Positions 9,225-18,986 are shown, counted from the stretch's first letter. The stretch: 64,000 nt of DNA from an uncultured Lentisphaeraceae bacterium (GCA_964406095.1 CAYOQJ010000092.1:590-64589), one strand, 5' to 3'. The notes: generated from the sequence alone by a model not told the origin. Program-made: numbers and translations.

Positions 9225-12200
9225 ATGAACGATACCAGATTTTTAAGGTTGCCGCCTTTGTGTGTGGTGGCGGGAATTCTGCTGACACTCCTTCCTGTTG
9301 TTATGGCTCAGGAGGAAGGGATGAATCCTGAGTTGAAAACGGAGCTCACCTATATCCGGATGCTTCAGCAGATGCGGATGCCGGACATTGCCGAACAGGT
9401 GATTGATGAGGCCAAACGCCGTTTTCCTGAGGCTGCGGCGCAGTTCAAGGTTCAGGAGCTGCAGGGGTTGCTCTGGCAGGGCAAGTTTGATGATGTTCAG
9501 AAGATAATAGACGCCATGCCTGATAAGAACGGGGCGGAGTATTGGGCGTTGAAGCTGGCCAAGGCGGATGCTTTATACGCTTTTCAGAAATATGCCGAGG
9601 CAGACAAACTCTATCTTGAATTTTTCAGCAAGATAAAAAAGCCAACCCCGGCTCTTAAAAGTTTTTATCGTGATTCGGCCTACAAATATGCGCAGATGCT
9701 ACTTTATCTGGGCAAGCAGCGTGAGGCTTTGGAAGCCTACCGCCGTCTGATAGATAATGTCGAACTTGAAGAGGGGCGTCAACGCAATGTTCAGGCTGAA
9801 ATGGCTGAGTTGATGCTCAAACTGGCGCCCGGCATCAAAAACGGCAAGGAGAAGTCTCAGATGCTGGCGGAAGCGGAGAAACTGGTGGATGATCTGCTCT
9901 GGAAGCAGGATGTCTGGTTCGGCAAGGCCATTGTCATGAAAGCGCATCTCACCATGATACGCAATGATATTTCGGGAGCTCAGGAGCTGGTGGAAAATTA
10001 TATGCCCCAGCTGAAAATCATTCATGACTCTTTGACGGATGAAGACCCTGACGGTTCACGTGGCTGGCTACGTATGAGCCCCATGCCGCAGTGCCGGTAT
10101 CTTTTGGCTGAACTTTTGCTTGAGGAGGCCAAAGCCGAAATCAAGAAAGCACAGCCGGATGAAGAGCGTATCAAATCACTTTTTTTGGGAGAGCGTGACC
10201 CTAAAACCAAACAGCGGGCAGGCAACGGTGCCTTCAACCACTTTATCAATGTTTTCATCCGCTTTCCGGAGAGTCAGTGGGCGGCAGCGGCCGGTGAGCG
10301 TTCTGAAGAGATACGCGCTATAATCAAGGATCGCTATGATGTCGCCTTGCGTACGCCCGTCACCGAGGAACAGATGCGCAAAGTACGTGAGATGCAGTTT
10401 GCCGGTGCCAACCTGCTGTTCAGCCAGAACCAGTATAAAAAGGCAATCGACCGCTATCTCGTGGTGCTCAATCAGTTTCCGGAAACACGTGAATCAGTTA
10501 ATGCGCTGCACAATTTGGCGGTTTGCTATATCGACGGCGCGAACAAGAGTGCTGACGATCAGATGATGGCGGATACCGTGGTGGGTCACATCTCAGAGCG
10601 GTTCTGCGAGAATGACAAAATGATGCGCCTGGCCGGAGAAAAACTCAGGCAGATTGGCGAACTTTACGGAGAGTTAAAGCGTGACGACAAGAAACGTCAG
10701 GTATATGCGATGTTCTTCCGTGATTATCCCGAACACTATGCAGCCAGCCAGCTGATTATGAGTTTCGGTGAACGTGAGTTCAAAAACGAGAATTTCGAAG
10801 GAGCTCTGCACTACTATCAGCGGATCAGGAATGAGTATCCGAAATCAACCTATTATGTTGATGCACTCAACCGCATTACCCAGGTTTACAAGGCTCAAGG
10901 TAACGATACCAATGAGATCGGGTCGATCGAATTCCTGATCAGCGAGCTGCACAAGCGAAAACAGCCCGGACACAATTTGCCGGTAGCCATGTTTCGTCTG
11001 GCCGAGGCTCAGCGTGAGCTCGGAAATAAGCTGATGAAACAGGCGTCAACCAATGAAAATGCCGAGGCTGTACTTAAAAAGAGCGCACTCTATCTGACAC
11101 AGGCAGCAGTTGGTTTCGGCAATGTTGTCCAGCTGCTTTCCGGTGATGATGCCGGTAAATACTATCAGAACGCCGAGGAAAAAGAGCGCAATGAGAATAT
11201 GCGCGAAATGGCGGCATTCACTAAAGGAGTTGCTTTGGTTCAGATGCAGTTCCCCAAAGATAAACTTGATACCTTCCGAAAACTGGCGATTCAAGCCTTT
11301 GAGGGCTATCTCAAAGAGTATCCCGAAAGTAAATATTCGGCCCGCGCCCAGATGCAAATTGCCACTATATATACTGTGCTGGCCGGAACGGCCGATGCTG
11401 AAAAGGATAAGACAGAGTTTACCGGTAAGTCGCAGCAGGCCTTTGAAACGCTTGCCGCACGCTATCCACACTCGGAAGAGGCTAAAAACTCGGTGCCACA
11501 ACTTGCCAAGTATCTGATGGAGATGGGGCTGCGCGGTGAAGGTATCGCCAAGTATCGCGAGATGTTCTCTGTGGATGGACGCTACTCTCCGAAGGAGTAT
11601 AACGCCGCGGGTCAGGCTCTGCTCGAGGCAGATGAATACCCGCTGGCGTTACAGGCCTTTAACAAAGTACTCGACAGTGTCAAAGATGATCAGGTTGCGA
11701 CAAAGGCGAACGCCATGCTCGGCAAGACCAAGGCACTCATGGGGCAGAAGAAATTTGCCAATGCACGCAAGATACTTGCCGATTTTATCCAAGATCCCAA
11801 ACTATCTTCAACATTGATGGTTGTTGAGGCCAATCTGCTACTGGTCGAAGCCGCTAGCGAGGAGGGTAAAACCGAAGCGGATAATGACCGACGCCGCGAT
11901 CTGTTCAATCAGGCGGTGGATGCGCTCAAGTTTGTCAAGGCGTGGTACGCGCGTGAGGGAGCTGAAACCAACAAGAAGAAAATCGCGGAGATCGAACTGT
12001 CCACGGGCGATCTGATGGTGCGTAAAATGGAGGCTGAACGTAATCTCAAGCTGGACGAGCAGATGGCTGAAACGCGCGGCAAAGCTATTGTGGCGTATAT
12101 GACAATCATCGACCGCTTTGATCCCGGTGATGCCGATCTTGCGCCCCTGCTGGAAAAAGCTTACTTTACCTTTATACCGCTTCTACTTGAGCACAAACAA

Positions 12201-12308
12201 TTTGAACAGGTTGTGGAAGATGGCCAGAACTATCTGAAAATCTTCCCCGAGGGCCGTTATCGTACCAGAATTGAAACCTGGATCAACCAGGCTAAAATTG
12301 AGCTGTAA
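9225..12308 (+). CDS. Large secreted tetratricopeptide-repeat (TPR) protein
   Basis: 1027-aa ORF with a signal peptide (LCVVAGILLTLLPVVMA-QEE). It is helical and repeat-rich throughout, with many A/Y/L-patterned 34-residue-like units. Confidence 0.8.
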   Translation: MNDTRFLRLPPLCVVAGILLTLLPVVMAQEEGMNPELKTELTYIRMLQQMRMPDIAEQVIDEAKRRFPEAAAQFKVQELQGLLWQGKFDDVQKIIDAMPDKNGAEYWALKLAKADALYAFQKYAEADKLYLEFFSKIKKPTPALKSFYRDSAYKYAQMLLYLGKQREALEAYRRLIDNVELEEGRQRNVQAEMAELMLKLAPGIKNGKEKSQMLAEAEKLVDDLLWKQDVWFGKAIVMKAHLTMIRNDISGAQELVENYMPQLKIIHDSLTDEDPDGSRGWLRMSPMPQCRYLLAELLLEEAKAEIKKAQPDEERIKSLFLGERDPKTKQRAGNGAFNHFINVFIRFPESQWAAAAGERSEEIRAIIKDRYDVALRTPVTEEQMRKVREMQFAGANLLFSQNQYKKAIDRYLVVLNQFPETRESVNALHNLAVCYIDGANKSADDQMMADTVVGHISERFCENDKMMRLAGEKLRQIGELYGELKRDDKKRQVYAMFFRDYPEHYAASQLIMSFGEREFKNENFEGALHYYQRIRNEYPKSTYYVDALNRITQVYKAQGNDTNEIGSIEFLISELHKRKQPGHNLPVAMFRLAEAQRELGNKLMKQASTNENAEAVLKKSALYLTQAAVGFGNVVQLLSGDDAGKYYQNAEEKERNENMREMAAFTKGVALVQMQFPKDKLDTFRKLAIQAFEGYLKEYPESKYSARAQMQIATIYTVLAGTADAEKDKTEFTGKSQQAFETLAARYPHSEEAKNSVPQLAKYLMEMGLRGEGIAKYREMFSVDGRYSPKEYNAAGQALLEADEYPLALQAFNKVLDSVKDDQVATKANAMLGKTKALMGQKKFANARKILADFIQDPKLSSTLMVVEANLLLVEAASEEGKTEADNDRRRDLFNQAVDALKFVKAWYAREGAETNKKKIAEIELSTGDLMVRKMEAERNLKLDEQMAETRGKAIVAYMTIIDRFDPGDADLAPLLEKAYFTFIPLLLEHKQFEQVVEDGQNYLKIFPEGRYRTRIETWINQAKIEL

Positions 12309-12353
12309 TTATCAGATTCTGATGCTACAATGGCTCCCGCAAAAAATTAAGGA

Positions 12354-13160
12354 ATGAATATGAGCAAAATTATCCGGATATTTTTGATGGTTACAGTTCT
12401 TATGAGTGCCGGTATTGTCTGCGCGCAGGTTGACGGCACGATTATACTGATCGAGGGCGGACGCAAATTAAAAGGCACGATCCAATGGAGCCTGCGTGAT
12501 AAAGCCTATAAAATCAAGGTCAGGGGCGGCAATGTGGAGCTGAGTATCGGGCCAGAAAAAATCCAGTCTCTGCTAATTCCCAAACCGACTGAATTGACCA
12601 GAGCTGAAGAGCTTGTCCGAGACGGCCAGGCTGGACAGGCGATCCCGATTCTTCAGAAAATTATCAGCGGCTATTTCAAACTTAACTGGGATGAAACCGC
12701 TACCCGACTGCTGGCCGACGCCTATCTGGCTGAAGGCAGGGCCAAGGAGGCGATCGATGTCTGCGAAAAAATCATTTCCGGTTCACCTGAATCGGCCTAC
12801 ATCGGTGATATAGCACCAGCCTACTGGCGGGCACTGTTGATGGGTGACCGCGTGGTTAAGCTGGAGAATCTGCTGACCAAAGCGGTTAAAGAGGGTGACC
12901 GTGCCACCTCGGCCTTCGCACTAATCGCACGCGGCGATCTGATTCTTAAATCCGGTAACACCAATGAAAACAACAGCAAGGCACTGCGTGACGGCTATCT
13001 GCGGGTGGTTACACTCTACCGGGGTGTCAAAGAGGCACAGCCGGAAGCATTGTATAAAGCAGCCCAGTGCTTTGAGAAACTAGGACAATCTTCACGCGCC
13101 GATACGATGCGCTCCACCTTGAAGAGCGAACACAGTTCATCAGAGTGGGCACGCAAATAA
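12354..13160 (+). CDS. Secreted TPR-like protein
   Basis: 268-aa ORF with a signal peptide (IFLMVTVLMSAGIVCAQ). The C-terminal half has TPR-like helical repeats (LADAYLAEGRAKEAIDVCEKI, ALYKAAQCFEKLGQ). Confidence 0.7.
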   Translation: MNMSKIIRIFLMVTVLMSAGIVCAQVDGTIILIEGGRKLKGTIQWSLRDKAYKIKVRGGNVELSIGPEKIQSLLIPKPTELTRAEELVRDGQAGQAIPILQKIISGYFKLNWDETATRLLADAYLAEGRAKEAIDVCEKIISGSPESAYIGDIAPAYWRALLMGDRVVKLENLLTKAVKEGDRATSAFALIARGDLILKSGNTNENNSKALRDGYLRVVTLYRGVKEAQPEALYKAAQCFEKLGQSSRADTMRSTLKSEHSSSEWARK

Positions 13161-13266
13161 CCGGCGTAGATTTAAGAATGCCGACTCCAGGTAAGGAATC
13201 GGCAGTGTCAATTTGTTAGTGGAGCACTAACGATTAACAAGATAAGAGTAAAAAAAGAGGTTAATA

Positions 13267-14046
13267 ATGAAAAGACTGATTCTGTCAGCAGTGGTATTCT
13301 CAGGGTTAATACTTGCAAGCGCACCGATACTTGCACAGGATGACGCGGCAGTGGCTCCGGATAGCGGAACACTTGTCGCTGATGCCGGTGCTAAAGAGGA
13401 TGCACCGACTAAAACCGGTCTGATCGCGGTTATTCTCGGCTCTGGATGGCTCGGCGTGGTGCTGTGGAGCGCACTTTTTGGATGTGGTGCCGCAGCGGTC
13501 TATTTCATTGTTGACTGTTCAGTGCTGATCCGCCCGCAGAAGGTTATGCCGGAGACCCTGATTAAACGCGTAAAAGACGGAATGTCCGAGGGTGATGTGA
13601 TGAAGGCTTTGCAGGCGTGCGAATCCGAACCGGGACCCTTGGCTAATATACTCACCGCCGGCTTTTCGCATGTGGAAGAGGGATTTGACATCATCCAGGA
13701 GTCGATCGGAGCGGCTGCGGAACTCGAAGCCGAGCGTCTTATGCAGCGTCTGACCTGGATTTCGGTCTGCTCCAACCTCTCCCCGATGCTCGGTCTGCTG
13801 GGAACGGTGCAGGGTATGATTCTCAGTTTTGAAACCCTGGCGACCGGTGCTCCTGACATCAGTGCTCTGGCTCTGAATATCTCCCAGGCTCTTTGGACAA
13901 CCGCCACCGGATTGGCCATCGCGATTCCCTCCATCACCTTTTATTACAGTATCCGTAATACGGCCAACCGTCTTGTGCTGCGTATGCAGGCCATGACAAT
14001 GGAACTGATCAAAGATTTGCGCAACGTGGAAGTAGTAAACGATTAA
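13267..14046 (+). CDS. exbB: MotA/TolQ/ExbB proton-channel family protein
   Basis: 259-aa ORF with an N-terminal signal-like segment and three TM helices. The conserved C-terminal region is LSPMLGLLGTVQGMI...ISQALWTTATGLAIAIP. Confidence 0.85.
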   Translation: MKRLILSAVVFSGLILASAPILAQDDAAVAPDSGTLVADAGAKEDAPTKTGLIAVILGSGWLGVVLWSALFGCGAAAVYFIVDCSVLIRPQKVMPETLIKRVKDGMSEGDVMKALQACESEPGPLANILTAGFSHVEEGFDIIQESIGAAAELEAERLMQRLTWISVCSNLSPMLGLLGTVQGMILSFETLATGAPDISALALNISQALWTTATGLAIAIPSITFYYSIRNTANRLVLRMQAMTMELIKDLRNVEVVND

Positions 14047-14198
14047 TCGGTTGACGGCTTTGCCGTACGGCAGGGCCGCAGGTGCTGAACGGTGCAAAGG
14101 CATGCGGCCTGCCGCCGCCTTTGCCATTCGCATCCAGGCGGTCTGTGAAAGCCATTTGAAAAAATTAACCGCCTCAAGGCGGACAAAGGAACCCGGAC

Positions 14199-14627
14199 AT
14201 GCACAAGAAACACAGTTCAACCGAACAGTGCGAAATGGACATGACACCCATGATCGACGTGGTGTTCCAGCTGATAATATTTTTTGTCGTCACGCTGAAG
14301 ATGACGCAGGATCGCAACGAAGACATTATTCTCGAGGACGGTAAGCATGGAGTTACCCTGACACAGGACAATATGCCGCCAACACTGCTGGAGATCGAAG
14401 TCGGTAAACGTGGACGTATTTCAATTCACAATGCAACCCTGACAAAATCAATGCTGCATTCGATTCTTAAACAACGCGTCAACCGACTGGGCCCGACTTT
14501 TCCTGTGCTGATACGTGCCGATAAGCGCGCCTCGCATGAACTGATTAAAGATGTCATGGATATCTGTACCGCATCGGGCATCTGGAAACTGTCGTTTGTG
14601 GCCATTCAAGAGCCCAAGGGTAAATAG
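14199..14627 (+). CDS. exbD: ExbD/TolR biopolymer transport protein
   Basis: 142-aa ORF with the DMTPMIDVVFQLIIFF signature, including the conserved TM aspartate. Confidence 0.85.
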   Translation: MHKKHSSTEQCEMDMTPMIDVVFQLIIFFVVTLKMTQDRNEDIILEDGKHGVTLTQDNMPPTLLEIEVGKRGRISIHNATLTKSMLHSILKQRVNRLGPTFPVLIRADKRASHELIKDVMDICTASGIWKLSFVAIQEPKGK

Positions 14628-14645
14628 AAATTTCAGGAGATCGTT

Positions 14646-15050
14646 ATGGCTTATGCAGGAAAAAAGAAGAGGGGTGAATCTCCTAAGCTGGATATGACGC
14701 CGATGATCGATGTGGTCTTTCAACTGCTGATCTTCTTTGTGGTCACAATCAAGCAGGAGGATATTCTTTCGCAACTTTCAGCCGCTCGTCCGGCACCTGA
14801 TAAAAATGCAAAACCGGATAAGCAACCGGATCTCCTCAATATAATCGTCGCGCCGCAGGGTTTCATCTTTAACGGACGTCCTGTGACGCTGGCGGATTTG
14901 GATCGCAGAATAGAGCGTTATTCCAAAATCAGCAAAACAGCGATGATTGTCATCAAGTGCACAGCCGATTCGCCGCATGGCCTGCTGATACAGGCGTTGG
15001 ATATCTGCAGCAAGCATGGAATGGAAAATCTGTCCATTTTCAGCATGTAA
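14646..15050 (+). CDS. exbD: ExbD/TolR biopolymer transport protein (second paralogue)
   Basis: 134-aa ORF with the DMTPMIDVVFQLLIFF signature. It lies 18 nt after the first exbD. Confidence 0.85.
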   Translation: MAYAGKKKRGESPKLDMTPMIDVVFQLLIFFVVTIKQEDILSQLSAARPAPDKNAKPDKQPDLLNIIVAPQGFIFNGRPVTLADLDRRIERYSKISKTAMIVIKCTADSPHGLLIQALDICSKHGMENLSIFSM

Positions 15051-15068
15051 ATAAGAGGGCGAACAATT

Positions 15069-16643
15069 ATGGATTTAAATGAAATTGATTCCCATCTCGA
15101 TGAAATTGCCGAGATGTATAAGAATGAAAATTATCTGCACCGATTGAAAAAGCTTGTCTACGGGCTGAAACAACCGCGCAGTTCCAGGGCCTATAAAGAG
15201 TCGATGATAGAAATTCAGCGCCTCTCTGCTCCGATTTCCGCCATTCTGCTGCCGGGATTGGCAATTGCCCTGCTGGCGATCTTATCCAGCGGCGACATCA
15301 CTAAAGATCGAATCATTGAAACCCAGATAATGGAAGCCGAGGAGATGCAGGATCTCGAAGAGGTCGAAGAGTTTGAAGAACCGCCGGAAGAGATGGAACA
15401 GATGGAGATCGACATTCAGGTTGACTCCCCCGATGTCAATGTCGAAACCGTGGAAGATACGCCGATGAGCCCCCAGCCTCAGGAGTTTGATGCGGTTATG
15501 ACGGTTAAAAGTCCCGTGATCCTCAAGAATATTTACGGCTCCACCCGTAACACCGGCACCCGCGGCAGTATGCTCGGGCGCTTCGGTGGCGACAAACATA
15601 CCGAAGAGTCGGTTATGCGCGCTCTGCGCTGGCTCAAGCATAAACAGAATAAGGACGGTAGCTGGAATAAACACAAGGTGGCAATGACCGGACTTAGTAT
15701 CCTCACTTTCCTGGCGCATGGAGAGAAACCAGGCGATTCCGAAGAGTTCGGCGAAACAATTCAAAAGGCACTGGAGTATCTTATCAGAGTCCAGCAGCCC
15801 AAAAAACGTCTGCCGGGTAACTATGACCACCCCATCGCTACCTATGCCCTCTGCGAAGCCTATGGTATGACCCTTAATCCTAATGTCAAGGCGGTCGCCG
15901 AAGAGTCTCTAATTCAGATAATCAAAGGTCAGCACCCGACCGGTGGCTGGACCTATAATCTTTTCAAGGGTATCGACGAAAAAACCGGTGCCTACCGCGA
16001 TGATACCTCCTATATGGGATGGTGCGCTCAGGCACTGAAAGCGGGTAAACTCGCTAACCTGAAGGTTCCTGGGCTGGATCAAGCGATCAAACTGGCCGTT
16101 AAAGGGTTCAAGAAAAACGGTCATCCCAACGGCGGTTTCGGCTACACCTCGCCTGCCAGAGGTGGCCTGACCTCAGTCGGCACCCTGTGTATGCAGCTGC
16201 TGGGAGCAGGCAATGACTCAATGGTTTCGAAATCTCAGGATTTGATGGATGGATGGGAAATCGGCGAGTTTGCCGGCGAAAACAAGGTGCCCGGCGGCAG
16301 TCCTCAATACTATTTTTACTATGCTACCCAAGCTAAGTTCCACAGTGGCGGCAAGCGCTGGGAAAACTGGAACAAAGAGATGAAACCGGTTTATCTGAAA
16401 GCTCAGAAGGTTCAGAAAGGTGCTTATACCTACAAGGGCAAAAGCTATGAAATCGGCTGGTGGGAGAATGTTGACCGCCACAGCGACCGACCTGTAATGG
16501 ATACCTGTCTGGCAGCTCTGCAGCTGATGGTTTATTACCGCTATCTGCCGACAACCAGTGCCCGGGCAGTCGAAGTGGAAGAGGAGATTATCGCCACTTC
16601 TACCGATGATGAGGATATCAAAGTGGACACCGGTGACCTGTGA
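15069..16643 (+). CDS. Membrane-anchored protein with acidic linker and prenyltransferase/squalene-cyclase-like repeat domain
   Basis: 524-aa ORF with one TM helix (ISAILLPGLAIALLAIL), then a Glu/Pro-rich linker (EEMQDLEEVEEFEEPPEEMEQMEID...). Repeats follow of the type ALRWLKHKQNKDGSW, IIKGQHPTGGW and KKNGHPNGGFGY, typical of alpha/alpha-toroid prenyltransferase/terpene-cyclase folds. Confidence 0.7.
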   Translation: MDLNEIDSHLDEIAEMYKNENYLHRLKKLVYGLKQPRSSRAYKESMIEIQRLSAPISAILLPGLAIALLAILSSGDITKDRIIETQIMEAEEMQDLEEVEEFEEPPEEMEQMEIDIQVDSPDVNVETVEDTPMSPQPQEFDAVMTVKSPVILKNIYGSTRNTGTRGSMLGRFGGDKHTEESVMRALRWLKHKQNKDGSWNKHKVAMTGLSILTFLAHGEKPGDSEEFGETIQKALEYLIRVQQPKKRLPGNYDHPIATYALCEAYGMTLNPNVKAVAEESLIQIIKGQHPTGGWTYNLFKGIDEKTGAYRDDTSYMGWCAQALKAGKLANLKVPGLDQAIKLAVKGFKKNGHPNGGFGYTSPARGGLTSVGTLCMQLLGAGNDSMVSKSQDLMDGWEIGEFAGENKVPGGSPQYYFYYATQAKFHSGGKRWENWNKEMKPVYLKAQKVQKGAYTYKGKSYEIGWWENVDRHSDRPVMDTCLAALQLMVYYRYLPTTSARAVEVEEEIIATSTDDEDIKVDTGDL

Positions 16644-16785
16644 GTTCGTGCTTTGCACGAGCGGCATAGAGCATGGCGCAGAAATATGACTTTGAAATAC
16701 ACGCTTTGAGCCATGATGCCAACCGAATCGATTAGCTATAAAAAGTTGCCAAGGGTTAATTGCCGGGAGTTTTAAATAAAGATAA

Positions 16786-16813
16786 ACGGCGGGGATTTCT
16801 CCGCCGTTCTTTG
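16786..16813 (+). terminator. Terminator candidate at the end of the ExbBD operon
   Basis: ACGGCGGGGA-TTTC-TCCGCCGT (stem with one bulge) followed by TCTTTG. Confidence 0.45.
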
Positions 16814-16823
16814 TGGGGACAGG

Positions 16824-18050
16824 ATGCCTTTTTCACTCTTTCTTGCCTTTAAATATCTTAAACCGAAACGAACAGTCACCAGCGTGGTAACCTTGATTTC
16901 GGTCATTGGAGTTGTTCTGGGAGTTGCAATCATTATCATCGTCCGGTCTGTCATGACCGGTTTCGGTGATATGTGGCAGGAAAAGATTCTGGATTTCAAG
17001 CCGCATATCACAATTCGTGCGATCGGTGGAGCGGTTATTCAGGATGAGGAAAGTATCTGTCGCAGAGTCGAGCAGATCGAAGGTGTGCTGGCCGCTTCAC
17101 CCTCCGTTGAAACCCGCGTTCTGGTGGAAAATCGCCGCCGTGTGGTAGCTCCCATGTTGATCGGAGTGGATGCCGAACATGCGCAGAAAGTTCTGAAACT
17201 GGGACGCATGGCCGCAGGTGATCTGAATCTGCGCGGCGATAATGTGGTGATTGGTGTCGATCTGGCTGCTGAATTGGGTATATCTGTCGGCGATGAGCTT
17301 TTAGTCTATTCACCAATGAATCTGGTTTCAGAGGATGAGCTCTATTTTCCCGAACGGCTTATACTCGCCGGCATTTATGATTCCGGTCAGCGCGATTTCG
17401 ATTCTGGCTTTGTGCTCACTTCGCTCGCGGTCGCACGCGATCTGATGGGCATGGAGAGCGGCGTTTACTCAATTCATCTTAAAACCGTCGAACCGGCCAA
17501 CCATGAACGCTTCAATCAGCTTGTGGCTAAGGTTGATTGTCTGCTGCCAGGCTATATGGTGCGTACCTGGCAGGAGATCGACCGTCAGCTTTTCAATGCG
17601 CTTGCCGTTGAGAAAAATATGATGGTGATTCTGCTGATGTTCATCACCGTTGTGGCAATCTTCTGCGTAACCAATACTTTAATTGTTCTGACAGTTCAGA
17701 AAACCGATGAAATCGGTTTGCTGAAAGCACTGGGATTCTCTTCGCGCCAGGTTATGGGTGCGTTTGTCATTCATGGCTGGATTCAATGTTTGGCCGGCAC
17801 CGTTCTGGGTATCGTCACCGCTCTGCTTGTACTGCACAATCTGCAGGCATTGGTCGATCTGTTGGCTGTGATGGGGGTAGAAGTCTTTCCCAAGGATGTT
17901 TACGGATTGTCCAGAATCCCCTGGCGCATCGTTCCCGCCGAGGTTTTTGATGTCTCCTGGAGCGTGATTCTTTTCTGCACCTTTGCAAGTTTCCTGCCAG
18001 CCTGGCGCGCATCACGCAAAGACCCGGTGGCGGCACTGCGTAAAGAGTGA
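16824..18050 (+). CDS. Lipoprotein-releasing system permease (LolC/LolE family, FtsX-like)
   Basis: 408-aa ORF. The N-terminus FLAFKYLKPKR...VISVIGVVLGVAIIIIVRSVMTGF and the C-terminal FtsX-type TM bundle match LolC/E permeases. Confidence 0.85.
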   Translation: MPFSLFLAFKYLKPKRTVTSVVTLISVIGVVLGVAIIIIVRSVMTGFGDMWQEKILDFKPHITIRAIGGAVIQDEESICRRVEQIEGVLAASPSVETRVLVENRRRVVAPMLIGVDAEHAQKVLKLGRMAAGDLNLRGDNVVIGVDLAAELGISVGDELLVYSPMNLVSEDELYFPERLILAGIYDSGQRDFDSGFVLTSLAVARDLMGMESGVYSIHLKTVEPANHERFNQLVAKVDCLLPGYMVRTWQEIDRQLFNALAVEKNMMVILLMFITVVAIFCVTNTLIVLTVQKTDEIGLLKALGFSSRQVMGAFVIHGWIQCLAGTVLGIVTALLVLHNLQALVDLLAVMGVEVFPKDVYGLSRIPWRIVPAEVFDVSWSVILFCTFASFLPAWRASRKDPVAALRKE

Positions 18051-18110
18051 AGTGCCGTGTGAAATAAAAGATTTTGAAAGGGCGAGATTTACCTAAATCC
18101 GAGTGTAATT

Positions 18111-18794
18111 ATGCTGAAAGCAACGAAGTTGTATAAAAAGTATAAACTGCCGCATAAAACGATCGAGGTTCTGCGAGGAGCCTCGCTTGAAATTAACGGT
18201 GGCGAAAGAGTGGCGATTGTCGGTCGCAGTGGAGCCGGCAAGAGTACGCTGTTGCATGTGCTCGGCGGACTCGACTTGCCGGATGCCGGTACCGTTCACA
18301 TTGATGGACAGGATGTCTACCGCCTGTCACGGCGTAAACGCACGGCACTGCGAGCAGGCAAAATCGGTTTCGTCTTTCAATCGTATCATCTGCTGCCGGA
18401 AATGGATGTCGCCGAGAATGTGATGTTGCCTGCAATGACCGGTGTACTCGGAATCTCCCGTGCGACAATGCGCGAACACGCTCTGAAGCTGCTGGAGAGA
18501 GTCGGTCTGTCGGACCGCGCCTCCCATATGCCGATGGAACTGAGCGGCGGCGAACAGCAGCGCGTCGCACTGGCGCGTGCCTTGATGAATAGCCCGCGAC
18601 TGATTCTGGCTGACGAACCGACCGGCAATCTTGATGATACAACCGGCGCGCAGGTTATGGAGCTTCTGTTCGAACTCTCCCGTACCACCAGCTCCGCGCT
18701 GATTATGGTGACACACTCGCTGGAGAGCGCCGCTCTGTGTGACCGGGTGCTGGAAATCAGCCACGGACAGCTGATTAACAACGCAAAGTCGTAA
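18111..18794 (+). CDS. lolD: Lipoprotein-releasing system ATP-binding protein
   Basis: 227-aa ORF with Walker A GRSGAGKST, signature LSGGEQQR and Walker B LILADEPT. It lies immediately after the LolC/E permease gene. Confidence 0.85.
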   Translation: MLKATKLYKKYKLPHKTIEVLRGASLEINGGERVAIVGRSGAGKSTLLHVLGGLDLPDAGTVHIDGQDVYRLSRRKRTALRAGKIGFVFQSYHLLPEMDVAENVMLPAMTGVLGISRATMREHALKLLERVGLSDRASHMPMELSGGEQQRVALARALMNSPRLILADEPTGNLDDTTGAQVMELLFELSRTTSSALIMVTHSLESAALCDRVLEISHGQLINNAKS

Positions 18795-18986
18795 AATTCT
18801 GATCCGAATATACGGTAACGATCGGTCGCGCAACCACCTTCAATTGTGGATTCGGAAATATTTGAGGCCGAACGTTTAATGGACGATGACGGCGACAGTT
18901 ACGAATTACAAATTGATTCCGGTTGCGTTTTTTGAAGCTCTTCGCTATAGTCTAGGCGATTTTTCACAAATGAAAAGGTTGAAGCA

